The notes: generated by a model from the letters alone, not told the origin. A DNA stretch of 64,000 nt from Thermoanaerobaculia bacterium (GCA_963719225.1 CAVRAY010000001.1:1504001-1568000), one strand, 5' to 3'. Positions 36,045-46,765 are shown, counted from the first letter of the stretch. Numbers and translations: made by a program.

Positions 36045-36976
36045 CAACTCCCCGCCTTTCCCTGCAGCGCGTCGAGAAGCGCCTTCGCCTCTGCCGCGAA
36101 AGGTGAGTCCGGATGCGCCTTCAGAAATCCCTTGAGGCGCCAGGCCGCGAGGTCCTTGCGGCCGCGCGCGATCTCGACGTCGGCGCGGCGAAGCTCGGCG
36201 CGCTGTTTGAGAGTGGGATCCTGGGCGGTTGCGATGAGCGTGTCGAGGTGCGTGACGGCTTCGTCGAAACGGCCGGAGTCCATCTCGAGCGACGTCAGGT
36301 AGCCGAGCGACTGCTCGCGGATCGGGGCGGGAGACTTCGGGTCGCTCACGAGGCGCCGGAAGCGGGACTCGGCCTGCGCGCCGCCGCCGCGCTGATAGGT
36401 CTCGCGCGCCGCGTCGAAGACGAGCTGCAGATTCGAGGGCTCGGCCGATTCGGCGGCGAGGAGCTTCTTGTAGCCTGCCCAGCCGCGTTCGGCCTCGATG
36501 AACGCCTGCACCCAGCCGTGCTGCGTCGTCGGCCCTTCCTGCCGGCCGCATTCGAGAAGCTCCGGCGTGATGACGATCCAGGTCGGCCCGCCCCGGATCT
36601 TCAAACGACGTGCGAGGTCGGCGCCCTCCGCCGTCGAGACGTCCTCGTAGAGGGGCACCTTGTCCCGCGTGAACGCGTAGAAGGACGTGGACGGCGCGAC
36701 GAGCGCTTCCATCCGCTGGCATTGCCCGCAGTTCGGCTCCACGAAGAAAATCAGAATGCGCCCATCCTTGAGGCGCTTCGCGCCTTCAGTCGCCTCCGAA
36801 AGAGTCCGGGCCCAAAGAACGTCGAGGCCGGCCGCCCCGGGAAGAGCGCTCCCCTTGGCCGGGGGGGCCGCGGGGGAGATGGCGGACGGGACCGGCGTGG
36901 AGGCGCTGGAGGCGCCCTCCGCGGGCGGATTCGCCGGAGATATCTGCGCGAGCGCGATGAGAAGCAGTAAGAACAT
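36044..36976 (-). CDS. Exported thioredoxin-like (CGQC) + TPR protein
   Basis: Signal peptide, FVEPNCGQCQRME, GGPTWIV, C-terminal TPR-like helices ending HPDSPFAAEA. Confidence 0.75.
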   Translation of the reverse strand: MFLLLLIALAQISPANPPAEGASSASTPVPSAISPAAPPAKGSALPGAAGLDVLWARTLSEATEGAKRLKDGRILIFFVEPNCGQCQRMEALVAPSTSFYAFTRDKVPLYEDVSTAEGADLARRLKIRGGPTWIVITPELLECGRQEGPTTQHGWVQAFIEAERGWAGYKKLLAAESAEPSNLQLVFDAARETYQRGGGAQAESRFRRLVSDPKSPAPIREQSLGYLTSLEMDSGRFDEAVTHLDTLIATAQDPTLKQRAELRRADVEIARGRKDLAAWRLKGFLKAHPDSPFAAEAKALLDALQGKAGS

Positions 36977-37086
36977 CCGTATTCCTTCAGTTTGACTATT
37001 CTAGGCGCGCCACTTATAACGCGCAGGCGCTTCGCGGCCTGCCTCTCCGCAAGGGACGTGCCCGGGGTGCGATGGTCGCGCGGCCG

Positions 37087-37162
37087 GCCCAGGTAGCTCA
37101 GTTGGTAGAGCACGCGCCTGAAAAGCGCGGTGTCGACGGTTCAATTCCGCCCCTGGGCACCA
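37087..37162 (+). tRNA. tRNA-Phe(GAA)
   Basis: GCCCAGG/CCTGGGC acceptor stem, AGCTCAGTTGGTAGAGC D-arm, CGCGC-CTGAAAA-GCGCG anticodon arm, CCA encoded. Confidence 0.93.
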
Positions 37163-38070
37163 TCCTCCTTCTTCCAGTTGCCGATCACGCGCAGCGCGTG
37201 CGGATGCATCCGGAAGACGAGCGGGTCGGGATGTCCTGCCGAAAAGACGAGGTTGCCGTCGACGTGCGCCGTGAGCGGCCGGTCCGAGGCCAGAACGACC
37301 TCCCGGGCGCGTACGATCGTCACCCACGGCAGCCCCACGTGCGAGCCGTCCAGCGCTTTCGGGAGATGGCGCAGAGCCTCGAGCTTGCCGAGGTTGCCGA
37401 GACGGCACACGTCGAAGAGGCCGTCGTCGGGGCACGCCGCAGGAGCCAGGAGGAAGCCGCCCCCGCTGCGCGGACCGTTCGCGACCGCCGCGAGGAACGC
37501 CAGCCCCTCGAGAACGCGGCCGTCGATCGTCAGCGTCAGCTCGAAGTTCTCCCAGTCTTTCAGCACCGTGAAGACCGACCAGAGGTAAGCCGGAAAGCCC
37601 TTCAGGTAGCGCACCTTCGACGCGGCCTCCGCGACGGCGCCGTCGAACCCGAGGCCGACGCTGTTCGAGAAGAAGCGCCCGTTGACCTCTCCCACGTCGA
37701 GAATGCGTGTTTTTCCCTCGACGAGGACCCGCGCCGCATCCGCCAGATCCCCGGGCCTCAGGCCGAGCGCGAAGCCGTAGTCGTTGCCCGTGCCGTCGGG
37801 CATGAGGCCGAAGGCGGGGCGCTTCGCCTCCGGGATTCGCATGAGGCCGTTCACCGTCTCGTTTACCGTGCCATCGCCCCCGATCGCCACGACGACGTCC
37901 GCTCCGGGGTTCCCGGTCGCCTCGGCGAGATCGGCCGCGTGCCCGGGGCGCTCCGTTTCGAGGAACTCGCCTACGAGGCCGGCGGCGTCGAGAACGGAGC
38001 GGATGCGGTCCCGATCGCGCATCGCCCGGCCCTTCCCGGCCGCGGGATTGAAGAGAAAGACGTGCTTTAT
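37141..38070 (-). CDS. Diacylglycerol kinase-family lipid kinase (YegS/BmrU-like)
   Basis: GGDGTVNE, PDGTGNDY, GLGFDG, DDGLFD, HVDG. The conserved NPAAG motif lies upstream of the first ATG (38022), so the start is placed near ATA at 38070. Confidence 0.88.
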   Translation of the reverse strand: MKHVFLFNPAAGKGRAMRDRDRIRSVLDAAGLVGEFLETERPGHAADLAEATGNPGADVVVAIGGDGTVNETVNGLMRIPEAKRPAFGLMPDGTGNDYGFALGLRPGDLADAARVLVEGKTRILDVGEVNGRFFSNSVGLGFDGAVAEAASKVRYLKGFPAYLWSVFTVLKDWENFELTLTIDGRVLEGLAFLAAVANGPRSGGGFLLAPAACPDDGLFDVCRLGNLGKLEALRHLPKALDGSHVGLPWVTIVRAREVVLASDRPLTAHVDGNLVFSAGHPDPLVFRMHPHALRVIGNWKKEDGAQGRN

Positions 38071-38129
38071 GACACGGATTCTAAGGCCCCTACAATGCGG
38101 GAGAGGAGCGCGGCCTCCCGGGAGATCAC

Positions 38130-38642
38130 GTGGCCATTCTGAAAGTCGCCAAGCTCGGCTCGCCGATCCTGAGGACGCGCGCCTCGGAGATCGAGGCGCA
38201 CGACCTCAAGAAAGGCCGGTTCCGGGCGTTTTTCGAGGACATGATGGAGACGATGGTCGAGTACCACGGCACGGGCCTTGCCGCGCCGCAGGTCTCGACG
38301 GGCCTGCGCGTGGTGCTCTACGAGGTGCACGGTGAGAAACGCGGCAAGGACGTTCTCGAAGTCGCCCCCACTCTCCTCGTGAACCCGACGTTCGAGGTGC
38401 TCGACCGGACGGAAGAGGAGGACTTCGAAGCCTGCCTCTCGGTGCCCTTTCTCGCGGCGAAGGTCCCGCGCCCGAAGAGCATCCGCGTGAGCGCGCTCGA
38501 CACGTCCGGAAAGACCGTCACCTTCGTCGCCGACGGATTCCACGCGCGGGTCGTCCTCCACGAAAGCGACCACCTCGACGGCGTCGTCTACCTCGACCGC
38601 GTGCGCGACCGCGCGTCGATCCGGTACACGGTGGATTTCTAA
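38130..38642 (+). CDS. def: Peptide deformylase
   Basis: GTGLAAPQ, EACLS, HESDHLDG. Confidence 0.93.
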   Translation: MAILKVAKLGSPILRTRASEIEAHDLKKGRFRAFFEDMMETMVEYHGTGLAAPQVSTGLRVVLYEVHGEKRGKDVLEVAPTLLVNPTFEVLDRTEEEDFEACLSVPFLAAKVPRPKSIRVSALDTSGKTVTFVADGFHARVVLHESDHLDGVVYLDRVRDRASIRYTVDF

Positions 38643-38645
38643 CCC

Positions 38646-38885
38646 TTGTCCGCGGCCCGACCTCTCACCACCGAGGAAAAGCGCCAGCTCATGCTGCTGA
38701 AGTTCCGGCCGGTGTGCATCTGCAACACGATCCGGTATCCGCGGGTGAAAGAGGCGATCGACCGCGGTGCGCGGACGATCGAGGAGGTCGCGCGCGCGAC
38801 CGGCTGCACGACGGGCGAGTGCGCGGGCGAGCGGTGCCGGCCGGTGATCGAGGCGATGCTCGCGGAGCTTCAGGCGAAGACGTAG
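38646..38885 (+). CDS. BFD-like [2Fe-2S] protein
   Basis: VCICN...ATGCTTGECAGERCRP. Confidence 0.75.
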   Translation: MSAARPLTTEEKRQLMLLKFRPVCICNTIRYPRVKEAIDRGARTIEEVARATGCTTGECAGERCRPVIEAMLAELQAKT

Positions 38886-39535
38886 GTGCCCGCGACGAGC
38901 TTCTTGATCACGTCCTCCGTCTCCTGCTTGCCGGGAACGCAGAGCGTGAGGTCCTTCTCCTTGCCGGTGGCGATGGCCTGGGCGTAGCCCTCGCAGTCGT
39001 ATCCGCACGCCGTGCAATCGGTCTGCGCCATGGCCGCGTAGAGCTTCAGCGCGAGGTCGCCCGTCTTCGTCATCTCCATGCGCTTGGGCAGCGGGATCGT
39101 CTCGTCGTGGAACGCCGGCGCGTCCTTCCGCACCGCCGGCTTCGCGACGACGTCGTCCTTCTTGTCGGTGTACTCCCAGCTTCCGAACGAATAGCACCTC
39201 GGACACTGGAACGTCCAGTCCCACTCGTTCGGAAAGCGCACGGCAGGCGTCCGCTTGACGATGAGCGGCTCGAAGTCCTGCGGACAGACGGGGTTCTCGC
39301 GCTCCTTGGCGTCGCGCACCATGGACTTGAGGTGCCCGTCCGAGAAGACGATCTGTCGCGGCTTCTGGTCGAAGCGAAGATGCTCGCCTTTTCCGCCGAT
39401 CATGACGACCTGCGGATTGAAGCTGCGGTCCACGAAGAAGGCGCGCATCGGGCGCCCGGTCTTGGGAGAAGGGACGGTCTCGCCGGACCAGAACTTGTGG
39501 AGGAGAGCCGCGCTTTGCTCGAACGTCAGCTTCAT
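38870..39535 (-). CDS. Hypothetical protein with C-terminal RnfB-type putative Fe-S domain
   Basis: DCTACGYDCEGYAQAIATG...LCVPG at the C-terminus; CPQD...CPRC in the middle. Confidence 0.7.
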   Translation of the reverse strand: MKLTFEQSAALLHKFWSGETVPSPKTGRPMRAFFVDRSFNPQVVMIGGKGEHLRFDQKPRQIVFSDGHLKSMVRDAKERENPVCPQDFEPLIVKRTPAVRFPNEWDWTFQCPRCYSFGSWEYTDKKDDVVAKPAVRKDAPAFHDETIPLPKRMEMTKTGDLALKLYAAMAQTDCTACGYDCEGYAQAIATGKEKDLTLCVPGKQETEDVIKKLVAGTYVFA

Positions 39536-39544
39536 CGGCGGCGA

Positions 39545-40207
39545 TTATAGGGGGCGGTAATTCGGATCGCCCACGAACGGATTCCTCCTGCCTTCGTCGG
39601 CGATCGTCGTCTCGTCGCCGTGGCCCGGGACGACACGGAGATTCCCGGGCAGGGTTAGGAGCTGTTCGCGGATCGATTCCAGGATCTGTGGCGCCGAGCC
39701 GCCCCAGAGGTCCGTCCGCCCGATGGACCGCCGAAAGAGCGTATCGCCGGAGAAGAGAACGTCGCCCCCCTCGCCGGGCATCCGGAAGCAGAGGCTCCCC
39801 GGCGTGTGGCCCGGCGTGTGGATCACCTCGAGCTCCCCCTTGCCGCACGCGACGCGGTCTCCGCTCACGAGGGTCCGGTCGATGATGCCCGGCGCGTCCA
39901 GGCTCAGGCCGAACTTTTCTGCCTGAACCGTCAGATTCTGGTAGAGCGGCCGGTCGCCGGCGTGCATGAGGATCGGCGCGCCCGTGATGCGCTTCAGGAG
40001 AGCCGAGCAGCCCACGTGATCGAAATGCGCGTGCGTATGGACGAGCGCGACCGCCTTCAGGCCGGCTCCGGCGAGCGCCTCGAGGATGCGGTCCGGCTCG
40101 TCGCCGGGATCCACGACGACGGCCTCGCGGGTCGTCGGGTCCGCGACGATCGCGCAGTTGCACTGGAGCGGCCCGACCGGAAAGGTCTCGATGAGGTACA
40201 GGCTCAT
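39545..40207 (-). CDS. MBL-fold metallo-hydrolase (glyoxalase II-like)
   Basis: THAHFDH, HTPGHTPG, SGDTLF, GRTDL, PGHG. Confidence 0.92.
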   Translation of the reverse strand: MSLYLIETFPVGPLQCNCAIVADPTTREAVVVDPGDEPDRILEALAGAGLKAVALVHTHAHFDHVGCSALLKRITGAPILMHAGDRPLYQNLTVQAEKFGLSLDAPGIIDRTLVSGDRVACGKGELEVIHTPGHTPGSLCFRMPGEGGDVLFSGDTLFRRSIGRTDLWGGSAPQILESIREQLLTLPGNLRVVPGHGDETTIADEGRRNPFVGDPNYRPL

Positions 40208-40239
40208 GTGTCGCCGATTATCCCGCTAGACTCGCCCGA

Positions 40240-40680
40240 GTGTCGCTGGGGGACTTTTTTCTCGAGGCTTCGCGCGTCCTGATCGGACTTGGGCTCGCGG
40301 TGTTCATCGGGGTTCCGCTGGCGAAGGAGAAGATCTTCTTAGAAGGGGAAGAGGGGACGGGAGAGCAGCTCGGCCGGGCGAAGTTCGTGGCGGCGGGCGC
40401 GCTTCTTCTGGGCGTGCTGTTGGAGACGCAGGTGCTCGGCTCGAGCCTCCCGCCGCGCCACGTGTGGCGTGCGGTGGCGATTTTTCTGCTGCTGGCCGCC
40501 CTCGTGTCCTCAGTGATGGTCGTACTTCCTCGGGAGCGCTACTACCGCGAAAAATCATTGACCTTCGAAGAAAATCTTCGACCGCCGTGGGTGAGTCGGG
40601 CCGATTCCGCGCGGCGCCGTGCGGCCCGCCTGGATTTCTTCGGCTTCCTCCTCGCCCTCGCCGCGCTGGTTCTGGGATGA
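40240..40680 (+). CDS. Small membrane protein of unknown function
   Basis: Four hydrophobic segments; fills the gap before ltaE; TAGACT 7 nt upstream of the GTG. Confidence 0.6.
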   Translation: MSLGDFFLEASRVLIGLGLAVFIGVPLAKEKIFLEGEEGTGEQLGRAKFVAAGALLLGVLLETQVLGSSLPPRHVWRAVAIFLLLAALVSSVMVVLPRERYYREKSLTFEENLRPPWVSRADSARRRAARLDFFGFLLALAALVLG

Positions 40681-40687
40681 TCCGGGC

Positions 40688-41734
40688 ATGACTGATCCCG
40701 TCTCGGACTTTCGCTCCGACACCGTCACGAAACCCACCGTGAAAATGCGGCGCGCGATGGCCGAGGCGGAAGTCGGCGACGACGTCTACGGGGAGGATCC
40801 GACGGTCCGGCGCCTGGAAGAGAGGACGGCCGAGATTCTCGGCAAGGAGGCGGCTCTCTTCGTCCCGACGGGCTCGATGGGCAACCAGCTCTCGCTGCGC
40901 GTCCACGGCAGGTCCGGCACGGAGGTCATCCTCGAAGGCAGGAGCCACATCTTCCATTACGAGATGGCCGGCATGGCCGCCCTCTCGGGCCTCCTGCCGC
41001 GTCCCATCGACGCGCCGCGCGGCCGGATGACGGCGGACCAGGTAGCGGCGTGGATCCGGCCCGATACGGTCTACTACCTGCCGCGAACGTCCGTTCTCGC
41101 CCTCGAGAACACGCACAATTTCGCCGGCGGCGCCGTGGTCCCGCGCTCGATCATCGATCCGCTCCTCGCCCTCGCGAAGGAGAAGGGGCTCGCGACGCAC
41201 CTCGACGGCGCGCGCCTGTGGAACGCGGCGGCGGCGCTGGGCGTCTCCGAGGCGTCGCTCGCGGCGGGCTTCGACTCCGTCATGACCTGCTTTTCGAAGG
41301 GCCTGCGTGCGCCGGTAGGCAGCGCCGTGGCGGGATCGAAGGCCTTCGTCGCCGAGGCGCGGCGCGTCCGCAAGCTCTTCGGGGGCGGCATGCGACAGGT
41401 GGGCGTCATCGCGGCGGCGGCGCTCGTGGCGCTCGAGGACGAGCGCGAACGGTTGCCGGAGGACCATGCTCGAGCGAAGAAGCTCGCGGAGGGACTCGCC
41501 GGCATTCGCGGGATCACGCTCGACGTGATGGCCGTCGAAACCAATATCGTGTTTTTCTTCTTAGAAGGGGAATGGGGGTCTGCCGCGGATGTCGTGGCCA
41601 AGCTGCGCGCGCTGGGTGTTCTGGCAGGCGCCGCGGGTACGAACTCCATCCGCATGGTCACGCATGCCGACGTGAACGACATCGACGTCGCGCGCGCGCT
41701 CCGCGCATTGGAGGAGATCGCGGCAGGCCGTTGA
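40688..41734 (+). CDS. ltaE: Low-specificity L-threonine aldolase
   Basis: DFRSDTVT, GDDVYGEDP, PTGSMGN, ENTHN, HLDGARLWNA, SKGL, GGGMRQ. Confidence 0.92.
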   Translation: MTDPVSDFRSDTVTKPTVKMRRAMAEAEVGDDVYGEDPTVRRLEERTAEILGKEAALFVPTGSMGNQLSLRVHGRSGTEVILEGRSHIFHYEMAGMAALSGLLPRPIDAPRGRMTADQVAAWIRPDTVYYLPRTSVLALENTHNFAGGAVVPRSIIDPLLALAKEKGLATHLDGARLWNAAAALGVSEASLAAGFDSVMTCFSKGLRAPVGSAVAGSKAFVAEARRVRKLFGGGMRQVGVIAAAALVALEDERERLPEDHARAKKLAEGLAGIRGITLDVMAVETNIVFFFLEGEWGSAADVVAKLRALGVLAGAAGTNSIRMVTHADVNDIDVARALRALEEIAAGR

Positions 41735-41753
41735 CGGCTGCGGAGAGCGGGCG

Positions 41754-42751
<998 letters not shown>

Positions 42752-42755
<4 letters not shown>

Positions 42756-43774
42756 CGAGAGGCCTCCCGTTCCAGGGCGTAGAAGCGCTCGAGCAGCTCC
42801 ACCGCGCGGTGCGCGTAGCCCCAGCCCGCGTCGTACCACGAGAGAGTCTTGGAGACGTTCTCGCCGAGGGTCATCGTGGCCCGGGAGTCGAACGTGGAGG
42901 AGAACCTGCTCTGGGCGATGTCGCTCGAGACGATCGGCTCGGTCTCGTACGCCATGATTCCCTTCCACTTTGCCGCGATGGCCGTTCGGACCACCTCGTT
43001 GATCGCGGTGATGGTCACATTCTTCTCGTGCCAGCACACGAGGTCGACCGCCGAGCCGTTCGGAACGGGCACGTTCATGGCGGCGCCGACGACCTTCCCG
43101 GCAAGCTCGGGGATCAGCTCCTGCAGCATCCCGGGAGAGCGCGATTCCTGCGGAATGATGTTCTCGGCCGCGGCCCGGCCGCGGCGCATGTCTTCGGCCG
43201 GAACGTCCGCGAGCCGGTGCTGGTTCGTGTAGGAGTGCATCGTCGTGAAGAGCAGCTTCTTGATGCCGAACGCGTCGAGCAGGATCTTCGCGAGCGGCGC
43301 CACGCAGTGGACGGTGGAGGACGCGCTCGACACGATGCGGTGCTCTTTCCTGACGAGATGGTCGTTGATCCCGTTCACGACCGTCAGGTCGAGGGAATCC
43401 ACGGGCGGCTCGCAGAGAATGACGCGCTTCGCGCCTGCCTGAAGGTGCTTCTCCAGCTCGGCCCGGGTCAGCTTCCGCGCCGTCGCCTCGACGACCGTGT
43501 CGACGCCGAGCTCTTTCCAGGGTGGCGTCGCGCCCTTCTCCTGGTTCGTGAGGAGTGCGATCTGGCGCCCGACGACGTAGAGATGCCCTTCCCTGGCGCT
43601 GATCTCGTCCGGGAAGCGGCCGAAGAGGGTGTCGAACTTCAGCAGGTACTCGACCGACGCCGCATCGCCCAGGTCGCTGACCGCGCCGATCCGGATGTCG
43701 TCCCTCTTGTAGAGGATCCGGAAGACGTTTCGTCCGATTCTTCCGAAGCCCATGATGCCCACGGTCATGGTCAT
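42752..43774 (-). CDS. GAPDH-like protein lacking the catalytic cysteine
   Basis: GFGRIGR, full GAPDH length, but SASSTVHC replaces NASCTTNC and WYDAGWGY replaces WYDNEWGY. Confidence 0.88.
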
Positions 43775-43801
43775 GACGATGTCGCGCTCTTTCCGAGCCC
43801 C

Positions 43802-45889
43802 CTACGGGAGGATCGTCCTCGGGTCGCTCGTCGTGTTGTCGATGACGGCGGCGTACGTCCCCACCTGCGCGCCCGTCGTCGCCGTCGACACGACCAGGAC
43901 CGCGTTCGTCGTGCCGAAGGGCGCGCCGAGCGCGGTGACCACGTGGCCGATCTGCGTCATCCCGAGCGGAGACAGCGTCCGGTTGGTCGTGCCGAACGTC
44001 GAGCCGTCCGCGGCAAGCAGAGTAAGAGTCACGGTGACGGTGGAGGTGGTCGCGTTCGCGAGGATGAGGTTCGCCCGGAACGCGGCGTCCTCGCGCAGGC
44101 CGACGAGGGACTTCGGCGAGGCCGGGGTGACGAAGTCGTTGGTGGTCTGTGCCGGAACGGACTGACCGAAGGTGCCCACGCCGCTCGGCGTCGGCGTGGA
44201 GGTCTGGCTGACGATCTTGAGCGACGCGGAGTCGGCCGTGATGAGGATCGCGCCGTAGTTCTGCGCGTCCGTGGCATTTACGGCGAAGAGCGAGGCGAGG
44301 ACGTCGGCATAGGTCACGGCCTTGTTCGCGGCGAGGGCGCGGAGCTGCTTCGGTCCCCCGGTGCCGTCCTGGTCGTGCCCCAGGAACTGGATCGTGAGGT
44401 TCGCGTCCGTCGCGCCCCGGTTCGCGATCGTCAGGTCCGTCGTGTAGAAGGCGTTGATTCCGCTCAAGTGGGCGCTCGAGGGCAGGAGGTAGGTCGTCGT
44501 CGGGCCGCTCGAGCCGGCGAACCAGCCGATGTCGTTGAACAGGGGGAGCGTGGCGTCCACTCCAATCGGCAGGTCGGAGTTGATGTTCGGCTCCATGAGA
44601 AGGTTCGGAGACGCCGACGAGTCGAAGTGCGACACCGATGAGCCGGCTATGCGTGGGTTAGGGGCATAAAGGAGCAGCCGGCCCGCCGCGTCCGCGCCGG
44701 CGACGAGCGTCGCGTCGGTCCCCAGGTTCGCGGAAGCGGGAGTGTTCGCGCGGAGGGTGGCGCCGTTCGCCATCGTGATCAGGACCGAGGGAATCGTGAT
44801 CGTGGCGTCCGTGCCGGACATTCCAATGAGGCCCTGGACGGCGTTGTCCGCGATGACGGCCGCGATCGCGCCCGCGTTCTGGGCGTTCTTGACCTTGACC
44901 GTGAAGTTGCACGTTCCGCGGTCCATGAGGGCGATCTTCCCGGAGACGTTCGACGTGATCGCGGTGCAGCCGTCCGTGGCGGACCCCGACGTCGCCGCGA
45001 CGATCTGCCCCGTGACGCCTGGATTCGAGAGGGGGGGGCCGAAGGAGGCTGTGCCCACGGAGTACATCCCCGCCGCGGCGGCGGGTGCCGTCACGAGCAG
45101 CCGCTGCCGCTTGCCGAGGTACGAGGCCGCGAACGCGTTCGCCGCGGCACCGGACCACGCGAGATTGCCCGAGTTGACCTGAGACGTCGCGCGCTGCGTG
45201 CTCGAGAGCTTGTCCCAGGTCTGGCCGAGCGTGTCGTCGTAGATGAAGCGGTCGAAGATCGCGGGTATGCTGCCCTGGAAGGAACCGTTGGAAGTCGCGA
45301 CGGAGACGAACCCGAGCCCGTGAGCGAACTCGTGCAGGGCGACCGTGAGGAAGTTGATGTTGTTGCCGTGGAGGTTGTCGAGGCCGAGATAGAAGGAGGC
45401 CCCCGTCAGGCAGCCCGTCATATCCGACCCGGCCGGAGCCGGCTTCCCGAGATCGCTGTTGAACTGCGCCGTCATGTCGAACGTCGCGGAGTCGAGGTCC
45501 GAGCCCACGTACTTGTTTGCCTGCGCCTTCACGTACCAGGTCCCCGCCAGGGGAGCGCCCGTGAAATCGGCGTAGACCAGGTTCGCGAACGTCGAGCCCA
45601 GCGTGCCCGTCGTTGCGTTGCACTCGAGGGGAGCAAAGCTCGCGCTCACGCGGATCGTGACATTGCTCGTGAGGAGCCCGCCCCAGATCGCGCCGGCCTG
45701 CTCGAACACTTTGAGCCTCTGCTGGCCGAGCGTCGTGCCCGCGTTTCCGCCGACGGGGGAGACGGGAGTCGGGTCGTTGAGGCCGGTTCCCGCCGGATCG
45801 GTGTTGACGATGACGATGTTCGCCGCGAGGAGAGGCCGCGCCGCGAGCGAGGCAAAAAGAACCAGCGGAATGAGCGAACGGCGCGTCAT
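43802..45889 (-). CDS. Secreted zinc metallopeptidase with PA domain and C-terminal DNxxxDP module
   Basis: Signal peptide, HEFAHGLGF, PA domain (GKIALMDRGTCNFTVKVKNAQNAGA), SHFD...LMEP. Confidence 0.85.
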   Translation of the reverse strand: MTRRSLIPLVLFASLAARPLLAANIVIVNTDPAGTGLNDPTPVSPVGGNAGTTLGQQRLKVFEQAGAIWGGLLTSNVTIRVSASFAPLECNATTGTLGSTFANLVYADFTGAPLAGTWYVKAQANKYVGSDLDSATFDMTAQFNSDLGKPAPAGSDMTGCLTGASFYLGLDNLHGNNINFLTVALHEFAHGLGFVSVATSNGSFQGSIPAIFDRFIYDDTLGQTWDKLSSTQRATSQVNSGNLAWSGAAANAFAASYLGKRQRLLVTAPAAAAGMYSVGTASFGPPLSNPGVTGQIVAATSGSATDGCTAITSNVSGKIALMDRGTCNFTVKVKNAQNAGAIAAVIADNAVQGLIGMSGTDATITIPSVLITMANGATLRANTPASANLGTDATLVAGADAAGRLLLYAPNPRIAGSSVSHFDSSASPNLLMEPNINSDLPIGVDATLPLFNDIGWFAGSSGPTTTYLLPSSAHLSGINAFYTTDLTIANRGATDANLTIQFLGHDQDGTGGPKQLRALAANKAVTYADVLASLFAVNATDAQNYGAILITADSASLKIVSQTSTPTPSGVGTFGQSVPAQTTNDFVTPASPKSLVGLREDAAFRANLILANATTSTVTVTLTLLAADGSTFGTTNRTLSPLGMTQIGHVVTALGAPFGTTNAVLVVSTATTGAQVGTYAAVIDNTTSDPRTILP

Positions 45890-45896
45890 GTTCGGC

Positions 45897-46337
45897 CTAC
45901 TTCTCGCGGGCCGCGGGGGCCGGAGCGGCCGCCGGGGCCGCTTCGAGGAAGGCGCGCGCCTCTTCTGCGCCGTGCACGCATGCGCTCGTGAACGTCCCGT
46001 CCGGATTTCGCCTCATCACGGACAAGCTCGCCTGATCCGGACCGAGCCGCATCATCTTCGTTCCGTCCGGCAGCGTGACGACCTGGGGCTCGGCCGTGAC
46101 CAGAGCTCGCCGCCCCAGGAGCTGGCGGGCCTCCTCGGGAGTCAGGGGGCGCAGGGCGCCCGTGACCGGATCGCGCGCGACGGTCAGGCCGGAGCCGGCC
46201 GACGCGGGCTTTGCCGTCCGGGCCGCAGGGGCCTTCTTCGCCTTTTCTTTCTGTGGGGCGCTCGCCGCTGTCTCGTCGGCGCGAACGGGGAGAAAAAGCA
46301 GGATTGCGAGGATCGAGAGGCAGCGGACGAGGTGCAT
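45897..46337 (-). CDS. Small secreted protein, probable partner of the downstream protease
   Basis: Signal peptide, RDPVTGALRPLTPEE motif; 7 bp upstream of the protease gene. Confidence 0.65.
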   Translation of the reverse strand: MHLVRCLSILAILLFLPVRADETAASAPQKEKAKKAPAARTAKPASAGSGLTVARDPVTGALRPLTPEEARQLLGRRALVTAEPQVVTLPDGTKMMRLGPDQASLSVMRRNPDGTFTSACVHGAEEARAFLEAAPAAAPAPAAREK

Positions 46338-46378
46338 GAAAGGGCTCCTTCCCGCCCGACCGTGCCGGGGCGAGGCCC

Positions 46379-46765
46379 CTATCCTACGCGGACCACGAGG
46401 TCGATCTCCACCCGGGCTCCCGCTGGCAGTGCCGCGACAGCCACGGTCGACCGCGCCGGGCGGTGGGCGCCGAAGCGCGCCGAAAAGACCTCGTTCATCT
46501 TCGCGAAGTCGCCCATGTCGACGAGGTACACGCCCGCGCGGACGACGTCCGAGAGCGTGGCGCCCGCCCCCGCGAGGACGGCCTCGAGGTTGTCGAAGAC
46601 GCGCTGGGTCTGGGCCGCGACGTCGCCCTCGACGAGCTTGCCGGTGGCCGGGTCGAGGCCGACCTGGCCGGCGGTGAAGAGGAAGCCTCCGGCCACGATT
46701 CCCTGTGCGTAAGGGCCGATCGCTTTCGGAGCGTTACCGACGGAGATGGTACGGAGATCGCTCAT
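46379..46765 (-). CDS. ridA: RidA/YjgF family reactive intermediate deaminase
   Basis: APKAIGPYAQ, AGQVGLDP, FAKMNEV, PARSTV, LPAGARVEI; true start MSDLR at 46765. Confidence 0.92.
   Translation of the reverse strand: MSDLRTISVGNAPKAIGPYAQGIVAGGFLFTAGQVGLDPATGKLVEGDVAAQTQRVFDNLEAVLAGAGATLSDVVRAGVYLVDMGDFAKMNEVFSARFGAHRPARSTVAVAALPAGARVEIDLVVRVG

Noticed and set aside
20235-37162. tRNA-anchored genomic island or prophage between tRNA-Leu and tRNA-Phe
   Set aside because: No integrase, phage genes or duplicated tRNA 3' end seen; the region includes housekeeping rnc and dsbD.
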